NCBI RefSeq assembly: GCF_009914755.1
Contig: NC_060939.1
DNA from: the human T2T-CHM13v2.0 reference genome, Homo sapiens
Reading direction: 5' to 3' (one strand)
Length of the DNA stretch: 64,000 nucleotides
Positions 25,374 to 39,703 of this stretch are shown here, one piece after another; positions within the stretch are counted from its first letter, which is position 1, and each line of letters opens with the position of its first letter. Made by a program: the position numbers and the translations under genes. The notes under the pieces were generated by a model. That model was not told the origin of the DNA. It searched no databases and worked only from the letters and a program-made list of their open reading frames with translations.

Positions 25374-28300
25374 TCACTTAGCAAGTTTTATTTTTGGTGA
25401 AAAACCTGGTAAGTGAGCGATTCTGATTATGTACCAAGTCTGGAACCTAGAACACCAGACAGAAGTGCAGATAAAGTCTGACTCTTTCCAGCATAGCCAG
25501 GGGCATGGGTAACTCCACTTGTCCCCAGGCCTTATTTAGAATCTAATAGCTCTGAAGCAGTTCAGTCGAACACTTTTCAAAAGTCAAAGCAGTTTATGAC
25601 CTTAAAGTATTTAGTAAACCTAATATCTGACTTGCCTAATTTAGACCAAATGTCTTTATTTTACCAATAACCTTTATAGCTGTTTCTATTTCCCAAAGAT
25701 TACTGAAGTCATGTGAACTAAAAAACATTACATTTTTTACTTTTCTGACAAAATATTTGATTTAAGCACTTATTATTTTTAAGCCAATTAATCAGAGCTC
25801 TTTCATATATAAACATCACATGTGCAATAATATAAATACACAGAAAGACAGAAGAAGATCCAGCAGTTGTAAGATTTTTCATTTGCCAGTTTTAAAGTTT
25901 CTTAATTGGATTACTGGCTTCATGGTGGAGTCCTTGGAGGAACAGGGCTAGGAAAACACGCAGTTATTTTTTAGGGTCTAATAAACAGGCACAGCTGGAA
26001 GGCAAAACAGATCCCCCAAAATACAGGGTTCTATTATCATACTGACTCCTGGATCCCCAAAAGAGAAATGCTGTGGAACAAGACAGTGCAATCATTTTCC
26101 TGTGCATTTGATTGCAAAGTAACCCAAAGCTGATCAGTCCATTCTGTGATCAGCCCATCCCCCAGGGGAGTCTTATCTCTCAGCCGGGGTGGGGGCATTT
26201 CCATACTTTCTAGCTGGCCGTGAGCATGCTTTTCTGATCCAAATGTGCAAAAAGCTGTGTGTCCCCCATAGTTACCATTAGCCATCCCTAAAATTATATT
26301 TAGCCATAGATTTTGAGAGGGATCTATCTACTTTCAATTCCTGGGGTTTCACGAGGAAAACAGGTTTTTCCCAAAGCAGGATCTATGGCACCTCCTCCAT
26401 TTTCCCCAAGGAGTCCCAAGCTGTTAGAAGAAGTTCTCTTAGATCCTCTCTTGTGTGCATCAAGAGTGGCAAGACAAAATGGAGAAAAGCTATTCAGCCA
26501 ACTGAGAAGGAAAAAAACCTTTTTTCTCCAGAAAAGAAGATTCAAGAAGAGAAAAAATCATAAAGACCCTTTAAATATATGCGTGGCTTAGATATCTGCT
26601 TTTAATTAAGCTGACTTTTAACCATAGCGCTCTTTAAAATTTCTTATTACCCTACTTTAGCCAGGCCAAATGGTGAATATTTCTGGCTTTTAAGCTTTAT
26701 CAAAACTAACCTCACAGGCAAAACCAGTAAGCCTCAATTAAGGTTCTGACTTAACCACGACTGTATGAGGTATTTTCAAAGAGGTGGTTAGCAGTTTTTA
26801 AAAAATCTAGACTCTCCAAAGGTGGATCAGAGAAAGGAAGATTCTACAAGGGAAGCTAGAAATTGTCCATGGAGGGGAAGAAGATCAACAAATGGCCAAA
26901 GTTACACAGACATCAAACCAGAAAGGACTCATTCTCTTGGGCCAGAATTGAATCCTGAACCTGGGCCACCACTGTGAAAGGACAAGGTCCTAAGCCTGCG
27001 TTCTATCCTAAGGTTCCCCTCTTCATGACAGAATGACACAGAAAGACAAATTCATAGCACAAGGTATACCAGATTCGCTACAGCTTAAGACTGGCCTCAC
27101 GAATACTTTTGCCCGTTAATTAAAACTTTGCAAGAGAGAGTGATTTTTAACCATTCTAACAACTGGTTTGCAGAGAGACAGAGAAAGACAGAAGAATTGC
27201 CTGCAGCAGGGTGGGGAAGGTGAGGAACTCAGGGAACCCAGAGAAAGACCCACCCATTGCAGTGATACTGAATCAGAAGTTCAGGCGGCCACTCGTCGGT
27301 CATGAAGGGATCTTTTCCAGCAGTCCCATCAGCTCTCAAGTTTTCCCCTTTGGGAAGGAAAAAGCTCCCCATGTCCAGTGAGCCTGTACATGCCTAATCC
27401 TGTCCCCCACAGCCATCAGGAAAAAGTAGAAGGCAGATTAATCCCAATAAAATAGCAGTTAACATCCCATAGTATCAAATCCATTTTTAACCGAGAGGGA
27501 CTTTACTGAAGGGAGAGCCTCTAACCCATTCCTATCTTTTACCCCGGTAAAATGTACCCCACTACTTTCCCAGAGTCAGCCAGTTGGTGCTACAGCCTAT
27601 TTCCTTTGGCTCGAGATCACAACTAAGCCAAAAGTTAGCAGATTTAATTTTTTTTAATCAAAGCTTTTATTTGACTTAAGCTTTTTATTTGACTTTCATA
27701 AAGTCTTTAAATAAAAATACTGAAATCCATTTAGAAGCTTCTGCCTATCAATAGGCATCTCTAGATGAGACTAATTTGGGAGCCCTCATTTTCAAACGCA
27801 CTTCAGTGCAGTGTTGTTCATTTGGAACATTCCACTATAAGTTATGTTTAGTAAGATTTCACCATTTCTGTCAGACTTTGTGGCTTCTGGGGCCTAATAC
27901 TTATGCATGTATAAGCCAGAAGGAACTCAGTTCTTCAGAAATTAAGGATCCCATTTTCACCTAAAATATTGGCTTTCTCTCAGGTACCCTTTATCAGCTT
28001 TGCCAATGATTTTTCCTATCTAAGCACTCAAGAAAAATGACACAAAGGAGTAGAACACAAAAATCCCTGCGAATTCCAAAAAGCCAAATTTACACTCCCT
28101 GCAATATTGCCATTTACCACCATTTGTTTTTCTGCCCCAGTCAGATGTAAGAGGCCTCTAAGTCAGTTAATTACTGCATCCAACCCAATTACGCACGCAG
28201 TGCAGTTTCTGTCACGACTTCCAAACCAAGTTTACATCAGAAATTTGCTCAAAGAAACTCGGAGAGCTCAAAATACAAATCCATGGAGCTTTGGAATCTG

Positions 28301-28414
28301 AGCGAGATCTTACCACCGCCCCCTGCTGCCCTGAGAGAGCAACGGGCACAAGGAGCCCGGCGGGTCCCTCGCTTGGTCACTCAGTGCTCACGGGGGTCGC
28401 TAGAAGCTCTACCT

Positions 28415-28432
28415 CGATCTGTTCTGACGCCA
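28415..28432 (-). other. Degenerate primer-binding site (tRNA-Leu type)
   Basis: TGGCGTCAGAAC 2 nt after the 5' LTR; resembles TGGTGTCAGAAG, the complement of a tRNA-Leu 3' end. Confidence 0.6.
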
Positions 28433-28434
28433 TC

Positions 28435-28824
28435 TGATAAAAGAAAAACTTCAGCCAAATTAAAGTTTAATTGAGCAATGAATGATTCGCGAATCGAGCA
28501 GCCTCCTGAGTCGGAGTAGACTCAGAGACTCCAGCGCAGCCACGTAGTAGAAGATGATTTATGGACAGAAAAAGGAGAGTAACATAAGGAAAATGGAAGT
28601 GAGGTACAGAAACAGCTGGAATGGGTACAGCTTGCCGTTTGCCTTATTTGAACATGGTTTAAACAGTTGCCTACATTTGATTGGCCAAAACTCAGTGATT
28701 GGCACAAGTGTAGGCTGCCGTCTGTTTACACCTCCACCCGTTACAGTTCACGATGTACAGAGAAACTTTTAGACTGAACTTAAAATATGTAAGGAGACAG
28801 CTTTGGGCTAAACTTGATTTAACA
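28435..28824 (-). repeat. 5' LTR (MER57A-type), CpG-retaining
   Basis: Second LTR copy adjacent to the PBS; 10 CpGs; two CCAAT boxes. Confidence 0.9.
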
Positions 28825-28931
28825 CCACCAGTCTACCTTGTACACGTTGTTGCAATTCACTTCCCATCCCATAGTATGCTTAGTTAATGCTAATTCTTTG
28901 CTTATATCTATTTTCCCCCAAACTTTACTTT

Positions 28932-29510
28932 TTGAGAAAGAAAAAAAACAGACCAAACTAAACAGGCCTGATGTCTGAAAAGCTGGCCTGGTATTCCCAA
29001 CTAGACCATCCTGTTCTCCTTGTGCACACACTCAATCCTGCAAACACCAACTTCAGACAAGGTTACTCTGAGGCCATGATACAGTGAGACAAAATAAGCC
29101 CATTTCATAATTTTATTTAAGCACAGACAAAAACAAGTTTGCTGTGCCACCCACAAAATACCAAACATCCTTCTCTCTTGGCTAAAATGAGTGACGACAG
29201 CTCCTTATCAATTACAATATTTACACTTGCACTAGTCTGGTTTGTCCTCCCCACAGATAAGATTAGTTGAGACACCGAGTGACTGAGTTGCCTCTGCTTT
29301 TGTATGATTTCCAAAATAAAGCAAACCCTTCCCTTGAATCTTCCTCAATTCATCAACGTAAGCCCAAATCATATAAAAGCTTCTGACACCTCCTTGCTGA
29401 GATGCCATGGTTCTCTGTGGTGTGTGTTCTGCTCACTGCAACTAGCAATAAACCCACCTTGTTCAATCACAAGGGTGCTCCTGGTGTTCTCTGATTCAAA
29501 GACACTGATA
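28932..29510 (+). mobile_element. MER67-like ERV1 LTR
   Basis: agcacagacaaaaacaag, ccacagataagatt, cccaaatcatataaaagc, caataaaccc...gttcaa. Confidence 0.55.
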
Positions 29511-29576
29511 GAAATAGAAGTTCCTCTGAGATGCAGCTGAGATCCGCACTGCCTCAGACTGGGATGATGGGCTCTG

Positions 29577-29942
29577 TGTATTAGTCCGTTTTCACACTGC
29601 TATAAAAATACTATCCAAGCCTGGGTAATTTATAAATCATAAAGGAAAGAGGTTTAGTGGACTCACAGTTCCATATGGCTGGGGAGGCCTCAGGAAACTT
29701 ACAATCATGGCAGAAGACAAAGGGGAAGCAAAGACCTTCTTCACATGGTGGCAGGAGAGAGAAGTGCAAGCAGGAAATGCCAGATGCTTATAATTCCATC
29801 AGATCTCATGAGAACTCACTCACGATCACGAGAACAGCATGGGGCAAGCTGACCCCAGGATCCAATCACTTTCCTTCCTCCATCCGTGGGGAGGACGATT
29901 TGAGATGAGATTTGGGTGGGGACAGAGACCCAAAGCATATCA
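29577..29942 (-). mobile_element. THE1/MSTA MaLR solo LTR
   Basis: tgtattagtccgttttcacactgctataaa...gactcacagttcc...gagatttgggtggggacaga...atatca. Confidence 0.88.
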
Positions 29943-29949
29943 TTCAGTG

Positions 29950-31750
29950 AGGGAGCACGCATCTGCACAGCCCTGCGCCTTGGGTGCCACCTTTCCTGGC
30001 TGGGAGGTAAGTTCATGCTACATTGAACTGCTGTATTTCAGTCTAGCCTTTGGGCAATGGGTTTATTTTGTTTTCCTAGGCGTTATGTCCCTTGGGATTT
30101 TTAGTTATCAGATCTAATTTGTACTATTCTTTGGCAAAATTGTTTCATGGCACCTAACACCTGCTTGTCTAATGCACCAGCTGTTTGTCTGTCTGCTTGT
30201 CTAGTGTCCTGAAAGTTATTTGTCTCTGAGGGGAAAGTTTGTAAGAAGACAGTGTTTCTAAGCCTGAGAGTCCATCATCAAAGCCAACCTCAGAAGAAAC
30301 TGAGAAGGTTTCTTCTCAGGCCTGTGTTCTATTGGCCCTGGATTACCATTTCAAAATCTTGTAAGTACTTCTTCCTCAGTCTTGCTTTTGTGTCCCTGAG
30401 AACTGTTTTTATTTAATTTTGTCTGCTTGGAACCAGGAGATTTTGTCTGGCCCCTGATGGATGACAATGGGTCTTTGCCAAGCTCCAGAGACAGAATGAG
30501 ACAACAGCCATCGGTAGGGACAGGCTGTAGGTTTCATGACTCTCTTCAAGATACACACACCCCCCTTCAGGCTGAACTGCAGATTTATGTTTTATTACTA
30601 GAACTCTTACTCTTGTGCATAGCTTTTTAAGTGGCACAATTTTACCAAAACAATTCAAAACTGCAGCGACCACTTTAGAAAACTGTTTATCGAGTAGCAC
30701 TTTAGAACAAAAAAGAAAGAAAAATAGTCGGTTCTCTTTACCTGATATGAGGAAGCTTCTAAATCCAATTTAGGCCCCAAATTTGCCGCACTAAGATACT
30801 CATTAGCTACAGTTAATGAAAAACATAAGAAACTATCTCTCTAAACAACATCTTTACACAGTATTCAGGATTAGCTACTGCTGACATTTCCAAAGACTTC
30901 TTTTTCTGTTATTGTTGTTGTTGATGGTTTGAAGCCACAAATTGCAGACGATTGTAAATTTAAAATTGGCTAAGAAATCACCTTACTGCATGATCTTCAC
31001 TATTTGACTGAAAATTTTGTAGAGACTTGAGATATTAAAAAGTTTGAAACCCTCATGAGGGAATTGTCTTGCTTAAAAGAAAGCATTTTGTTTAACATGG
31101 GAGCTATCGCTACCTTCGTTTTCATCTTTTTCGTGACTAAGTCTGACCTTTTTGATCGGTTGGCTTGATAAAAATTTTAATGATCCCCATTGTGTGGAAA
31201 CCAGCTAGATGACACTCTTTTGAGTGTGAATATGTCCAAATCTTTCTTTCATACATATAAACTTTCTTTCCTCTCTTTACTAAAACAAGATAGTTAGCTT
31301 GGTCTGAAGAGCACTTCCTTTTTTCATTCTGTCACACTCTTATCTCGTGAGAAACTTTACCCATTAACTGATAAAAAAAATTCAGTTGTTGTATGCATAT
31401 ACTCTAGAAAGATTTAACTCAGATAAACAGTCAAAATTGTCTAAAAGAGACAGAAACAAGTTATCAGGCTATGTTTCTCTTTGTGGCTACTGAGAAGTTC
31501 ATTTACAAGATAGCCTTTGTCACAACAGCTATAAGATAACAATAAGAGGCTTCGGTTTCAAAATAAAAGGAAACCTTGGCATGATTCACAGTCTTCAACA
31601 ATTAGCTTACCGTAAAAAATGTTAGTACAATACTTGGATTGTTCAAGACCAAGGTTAAATTTCTTGTGCTTCAAATTTCCCACGTCAGCTTTCTAATTTA
31701 AATTTCCACTGTTTTCATAACTTGCTTCAAACTAAAAATTATACGTATAA
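29950..31750 (+). mobile_element. Decayed ERV1 (MER4-group) internal sequence following the MER67-like LTR
   Basis: Leader-like tttgtctgtctg; gag-like gatatgaggaagcttctaaa; composition typical of MER4-group internals. Confidence 0.45.
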
Positions 31751-32124
31751 ATTTGTATTCAATTGAATACAGTAATAATGATGATGTCGTTTTACTAATA
31801 AATTTTAGCTTTAGAATCGTATTGTATGTGCAGAAACATTGTGAAGATAGCACATAGCATTTCCATTACGCCACAGTGGGTTTCCCTGTTATTAATATCT
31901 TACATTAGTATGGTGTATTTGTTGCTATTAGTGAACCAATATCAGCACACTATTATCAACTAAAGTCCATACTTTAATCAGACCACCTTAGTTGCTTACC
32001 TAATGTCTTTTTTTGGCTCCAGGATCCCATCCAGGATACCACGCTTCATTGAGTGGTAATGTCTCCTTAGATTTCTTTTGGCTCTGAGAGTTTCTCAGAC
32101 TTCCTTTGCTTTTCATGACTTTGA

Positions 32125-32447
<323 letters not shown>

Positions 32448-33094
32448 AACTTGGACAGTTTTGAGGAGTACTGGTCAGGTATTTTGCAGAATGCCCCTCA
32501 ATTGGTATTTGACTGATGTTTTCCTCATGATTAGACTGGATTTATGTGTTTTTAATGGAAAGATGGCTGAAGTAAGTGCCATTCTCATTGCATTCTATTA
32601 CAACATGACTTGCTACTGTCGACCTTAACCTTGATGGCCTGGCTGAGGTCCTGCCTGTCAGGTTTCACCGTTGGGTTACATGGAGCCCACGCTTAGGGAG
32701 GCAGGAGTTATGCTCCATCTCACTGTGTGGACTATCTACATGAATTATTTAAGATTCTTCTGCAAAGGAAATTTGTCTATTCTTCTCCATTATTTACTCA
32801 TTTAATCATTTATTGTGTGCATGTGAGTTTTGGCACTTTTCTTACCTTTTGGCACAATAAAACGTACCAGGCTCATCTTGTATCTTCCCTGCCCCAATCC
32901 TAGAATCAGTCATTTCTTCAGGGAGCTTTGGTTTCTTTTATTGGAGAACCGTGTTAGGAATCAAGATCTGTGTGATAGGTGCGCTCATTATTCCTGGGGC
33001 ATCACTGCTTCTAGGCCCTCTTAACAAAAAGAGTATATACATGTATGTGTGTACACACCCTACGTATGAGTTTGCATTTATAGATACTGCTAGA

Positions 33095-33650
33095 GATTTT
33101 TAAAGTTAAGGAGGTATGTATTCTTATTTTATTAAGGGTTTCATAAAAAATAAATGGCAAATATTTAAAATATATCTTTTCATTTTCTACAGGGATGATG
33201 GCTTTTTACATATAAATGTATAAATTATATTAATAACATTGCATTATATTCAGAAAATTATATGAAGAGATTTTCCAGTATTGAACCACACTTGCATCCT
33301 TTAAATAAACCAGAACAGGGTTTATTTAATCCTCATGAGGCAGGAGAACAGGGAATTAGGGTAACCAGAGGTTAAGGCATAAGCAAAAGAACAGCAGGTG
33401 CAGCCATTTCTAGGCGAGATTAGGCGGCATCCAGGCCACATCTTCACTTCTCTGATAACAAGACAGAAGTTTCCACTTCAGCCTCTGATTCACCGCAGGC
33501 CAAGTCTCCACTTCAGGCTCTGATTGGTCGCCAGCCAATCCTTCATAGGGCATAACCAATTGGAGGCCTCTAAAGGGCACCTGGGGGTGTTACCAAATTC
33601 TTTTTGGCCTAATAAAAACCCTAAAGAACATTGCAATTGGGTTCTTAAGC
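33095..33650 (+). repeat. Inverted copy of 39118-39662 (old L1 plus 5' part of the MER51-like LTR)
   Basis: Reverse-complement match of roughly 90% (by eye) spanning the L1-LTR junction. Confidence 0.9.
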
Positions 33651-33740
33651 ATATATATATATATATATATATATGCTTATATATTCATATATATGCTTAT
33701 ATATTCATATATATGCTTATATATTCATATATATACATAT
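33651..33740. repeat. (AT)n plus three perfect 20-bp units atatgcttatatattcatat (33671-33730)
   Basis: Direct reading. Confidence 0.95.
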
Positions 33741-36290
33741 CCATTTATATATGAAGCTAAATGTGAGTACATACTGATGTCTCCAACTCTAATCTATTAC
33801 CTATGGGTCATTCTAGCCTTCTGCTTTTGCTTATATGTAACCTCCTCCTTTAACAGTGAGAAACCTGGCACCCACCATTCACCACTCATTTCCTTTTTAA
33901 TTCCATATAGTGTGTAATAGTTTCAGGTGTGTAAACTCATACTTTGGGAAAAAATTACCATATAGAGTACAGTGCCATGTATAGCTACTTTTACCATTAG
34001 TCTTGCAATCTCTACTCATTTCTAAAATTGCTTAGGTCAGCACTTTTCTCCTTAACTCTCTTCAGTGAGGTCCGTCATACATTTGTAAGACTGTTAGATT
34101 CTTTTGCCACAGTCCGCATTTCATCCTGAGATTCCCCAAACTCCTAAATGATTTTTTAAAATTTGATGCATTAAAGTTCCCCTTTGTGCTATAAGGTTCT
34201 ATGCATTTTGACAAATGCATAGTTTCATGCATCCGTCACTACAGTATCACACAGAATGATTTCACTACCCTAAAAAATTCTCTGTGCTTCACCTACCTTC
34301 CCTCCCCAGATCCCTGACAACCACTGTTCATTGTCTCTGCAGTTTTGTCTTTTCCAGAATGTCATATAAATGGAATCACATTGTATGTGGCCTTTTCAAA
34401 CTGGCATCTTTCACTTAGCAATGTGCATTAGGATTCACATGTTTTTGTGTGGCTTGGTAGTTCATTCGTTTTTATCATGGAATAATATTCCTGTATTTCA
34501 TCTACAGTCTGTCTATCCATTCACCCATTGAAGGACATTTTGGTTGTACCCAGTTTTTGGCAATTTTGGATAAAGCTGCTATAAACATTGTATGCAGGTT
34601 TTTGTGTAGACATACATTTTCAAATCAGTTGCATAAATACCTAGGCACACAATGCCTAGATCACATGATGAGACTATGTTTCACTTTGTGAGAAACTGCC
34701 AAAATGTCTTTCAAGGTGGCTGTAGCATTTTGCATTTCCACCAGCAATGTATGAAAGTGTTTCTTGCTCTGTATTCTTGCCAGTAATTGACTTCGTCAGT
34801 TTTTTGGATTTTAGCCATTCCAGTAGATGGGAAGTGGTATCCCATTGTTTTAATTTGCATTTCCCTAATGACAAATGATGCTGAGCACCTTTTCATATGC
34901 TTATTTGCAATATGCTAGGTTCTCTGACTCTCCTCTGATTTTTTGCTTTGTCAGCATTCGATGGCGTCCCTACTGCAGGAAAAGCACAGTCTTGCCTTAT
35001 GGCACATACGTAATTCCATGTGCCATTTCTTACTCAGCTATAGGCTCTAGCAGGCCAGGCTAGTGCCTGCTAACCCTGATGATCCAATGACACATGGTAG
35101 AAACTTCTGAAAACATGTAATTATGAAAATAAATGCCTACCCACACTTCCAACCAGGAATAGCCAACTCAACCGATTTGTTGCAATTCCTTTTGGCCTTC
35201 ATGGGATTATTTTTTCTTTGTGTTGGACATTTAGTTTATTTTCAACTTTTTCTTATCTAAAATCATGCCGAAATAAACCACATGCTTCACAAATCTTTGA
35301 CCTCATTTCAGATGAAACCCTAGAGTTAGAATTAACGTGTAAAATTTTAACGCCTTTCAAAGGTTCTTTAATACACATATCCAAATTGTGTTTTCACCAA
35401 ATTGCTGCCATGTGACTTCCACAGGCAGGGGAGGAAGCTGTTCCTTGCCACGCCCCCACCAGCACGGAGGAGGGGCAGTGGCTTTCATCTTTGTCAGGCT
35501 GTCAGCCCCACCTAGTATCCTGTGCTAGTTTTGATGTATTTAATTTATGAGCACATTTGAACATTCTTTATTATGCTTGAAATTAGTTTCCTATAATAGT
35601 TTTTGTAAAGTACTCATTTGCGGCCTCAGTGACGATTCACTTTAGTGTGAGTCACAGCCTCAAACTGCTTCTCCAGCTATCTTGGAAACACGTCCTTAGT
35701 CACAAAGCAAGACCAAGGGAGGGTGTGGAACACACAGCCCCACCTTCCAGGTCAGCAGAGGCAGATGTGCACCGCAGCCTCTCCATGGCCACCGCTCTGG
35801 GCCTTTGTAGCCTCATTTGCAAAACTGGGGGCATCGCCTACGCTTTGCAGAGTTTTGTGAGGATGACAGAAATAATGCATGTGATAAGCTTTCCTCTTTT
35901 CAGGCTATTTGCCCAAGATTGTTCGAGAACTTAGCTACTGTGTCCTCTGTCCACTGCTGCGATTGGAGAATACGGGAGGCATGTTACACGGCGGACAGGG
36001 TGGAAGGGAGGATCAAGGAAATGGGGATAGGGTCAGACTGTGAAATAGATCTGGGGAGGTAATTTTTGTTTGTTTAAGGACCGATTTGGAAGAAGGGTAG
36101 TTTCCCAGAATAAACTTTGTCTTTCTGCCTCAAGAGAGCTTAGTAGTTTGCAAGCTGGCCCACTGCCAGTCCACAGGAGAGGAAGCAGATCCACCCTCCT
36201 AAGTGGTTCACTGCTTCTCAGCCGACCCTTCTGACCCAGCAGTGGAGGGCGCCCAGAGCTCAGGAGCAGCCAAAGAAGAGAAGGAACTGT

Positions 36291-36586
36291 GGCCGTGCGC
36301 GGGGGTTCACACCTATAATTCCAGTACTTTGGGAGGCCGAGGCAGGTCATCACCTGAGGTCAAGAGTTCGAGACCAGCCTGGCCAACATGGTGAAACCCT
36401 GCCTCTACTAAAACTACAAAAATTAGCTGGGCATGGTGGTAGGCACCTGTAATCCCAGCTACTTGTGGCTGAGGCAAGAGAATCACTTGAACCTGGGAGG
36501 TGGAGATTGTAATGAGTGGAGATTGTGCCACTGCACTCCAGCCAGGGCTACAGAGTGAGACTATGTCTTAAGGAAAAAAAAAAAAA
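36291..36586 (+). mobile_element. AluS
   Basis: Dimeric Alu with A tail. Confidence 0.93.
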
Positions 36587-37905
36587 TTGAATCAGAACCA
36601 GCGAAAAATCCTGTCCACAATTTAGCTTAAAAGCAATAAGACTCAAGAGGAGATACAATAGAGCACAAATATGACTTCCCCAATTCTAAATTTTATAGGC
36701 AGACTGGAAAAATATTTCACAATGTTAGAACAAAAATGCCAAAGGAATGGAAATAATGAAATTAAAGATGTTGGAAACTGAAAGTAATTTTTGGGACTGT
36801 AACCAGCAAATAATTTAGCAGTCCCAAGAGATAAAAATAAACAGCTCCAAGAGAGATAATAACTAAATAATAAAGAAAAATTTCTGAGATGAAGTCTTGA
36901 GTCTGCGGATTTAAAAGGCTCACATGCTAGTGAAAAGATTAACTTAAAAAATAATTGAAAAGATGCCTGGACATACCTATTTCAAATTCTGACGTTCCAA
37001 GTATAAATTGTTTAAGCTTCAAACTGAAAAAAAGGACTACTTAAAACTACTTTTCTCTGGTAACACTGAAATAACATCTGCAAAATACTGAAAGGAGAGG
37101 ATTGTGAGCTAAGAACATATCTCCAATTAAAATAGCATTCACTTGCCAGGGCTAAAAATGATACTTTTGAATGTGCATTGATTTAGGTTATATTACCTAA
37201 CTATTATAATTGAGGAGAATACTTGTGAAAGTTTCTGAAACAGGTAGTGCTTTAATCAGAAGAGAAATCTCAAGACAAGTAAGAAGATTGCTGGCCCCAG
37301 CATCTAAAATCTAAATAAATTAATTATAGTTTGATGGAGAACTACTGCTGTATGTTTTAATTGTTTGACTGTTCAGACAGAAGAGAGATATAATGTAAGG
37401 ACAAACCTATGGGAATACTTAAATACATATTTAAAGAAAACATTAATAAAGAAAAACAAATTCAAGTCTACAAATTTATTGTCCAAAAAAAACTGATATG
37501 GGACATTACATATCAAATTTATACCAACAAAATTTGTGAACTTCAAGAATTGAGAAACAATCCCTTTGCATTCATGTATATGATTGTCGCACTTAATTTA
37601 AAAAATTATAAACATGACTGGCTTTACATCTTAGATTACTCCATATAAACATTCAGTATTAAAAGGCAGTAGAGAAGTAATTTCAAGTTCTTATGGAAAG
37701 GAGGTATAGACAAAATTCTATCCCAAGGTAGAGTCTTTCAGTTATAAAGGCAAGAGGACAAACCTTTACAAATCTGATAGCACCTTTGAGCTGATCCTGA
37801 AGAAAGTGCTGAATGCTAATTTCAGCTAAGCAATAGATAAATGGATAAAGCATGTGGAAAAAAGGTGATTGGAATTGACTGAAGCCAATGTGAGAATTCT
37901 GATTA

Positions 37906-38412
<507 letters not shown>

Positions 38413-38918
38413 CTAAAATAATAATCAACTAAAATACAGTGGCGTAAGGGAGACAGGAACAGTGTTTGGCAGTGGGAATACACTATGTTCATTGTTACAG
38501 CAGGGAAATAATCTGTGCTGTTTGAACAGACAGAGGAGTGAGTTTTGAATAATGGTAAAGCCATAAAGTTCATTGCTGAAATAAAAATTAAATAAAATTC
38601 TCCAGGTTGGAAAAAGACACACCAACACAAAAGTAAACACCAGAAATCAAAAATGGAACCACAAAATAAATTATGATAGAATTCACTGAAATTCTACCAA
38701 AACCTTAAAAGAACAGGAAGCTGTTCTAAGTCTATTTAAACTACCCAACAGCAGAAAAAGCAGAAAATCTTTTGAAGTATTTAAATAAAATTTACCAAAC
38801 ATGGAACAACAATAAAAAGAACAAAACAGAAAAAAATCAGACTAAGCTGACACAAATGTCAATGCAAAATTCTAGGTAATATATCCCAATTAATAAAATA
38901 TTTCAGCAGACAATATCG

Positions 38919-39432
38919 TGTTACCAGATAGAAGGTCTTGACTGTGACTTTTCCAGGTTCTTGGTGTGTTGAACAAAGAAATGAACAAAATGCTCAAACA
39001 AAACAACCAAAGGAGGAAGCAACAAAAGACAAAACAACTAAAGAACTGAGTAATGAAAGTACAGATTTACTGACGCAAAAGTACACTCCACAGAGTGGGA
39101 GCAGGCTTAAGCAAGCAGCTTGAGATCCCCAATTGCAATGTTCCTTAGGGTTTTTATTAGGCTAAAAGAATTTGGTAACAACCCTAGGTGCCTTTTAGAG
39201 GCCTCCATTTGGTTACACCCTATGAAGGATTGGCTGGCGACCAATCAGAGCCTGAAGTGGAGACTTGGCCTGCTGTGAATCAGAGGCTGAAGTGGAAACT
39301 TCTGTCTTATTATCGCAGGAGTGAAGATGTGACCTGTATGCTGCCCAGTCTTGCCTAGAAATGGCTGCACCTGCTGTTCTTGTGCTTATGTCTTAATCTC
39401 TGGTTACCCTAATTCCCTATTCTCCTGACCCA
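38919..39432 (-). mobile_element. MER51-like ERV1 solo LTR
   Basis: TG..CA ends; minus strand starts TGGGTCAGGAGAATAGGGAATTAGGGTAACC; CCAAT repeats; no clear TSD. Confidence 0.75.
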
Positions 39433-39660
39433 TAAAGACTGACCAATTTCTGGATTATTTAAAGGATGCAAGTGTAGTTCAATACTGGAAAATCTCTTAA
39501 TATAATTTTCTGAATATAACACAATTTTATTAATATAATTTATCATTTATCTATAAAAATATTATCTCTGTAGATACTGAAAAGAGATATTTTAAATATT
39601 TGCCATTTTTTATCAAACCCTTAATAAAATAAGAATACATACTTCCTTAACATTTAAAAA

Positions 39661-39662
<2 letters not shown>

Positions 39663-39700
<38 letters not shown>
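39663..39700. repeat. (GT)19 microsatellite
   Basis: Direct reading. Confidence 0.97.
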
Positions 39701-39703
<3 letters not shown>

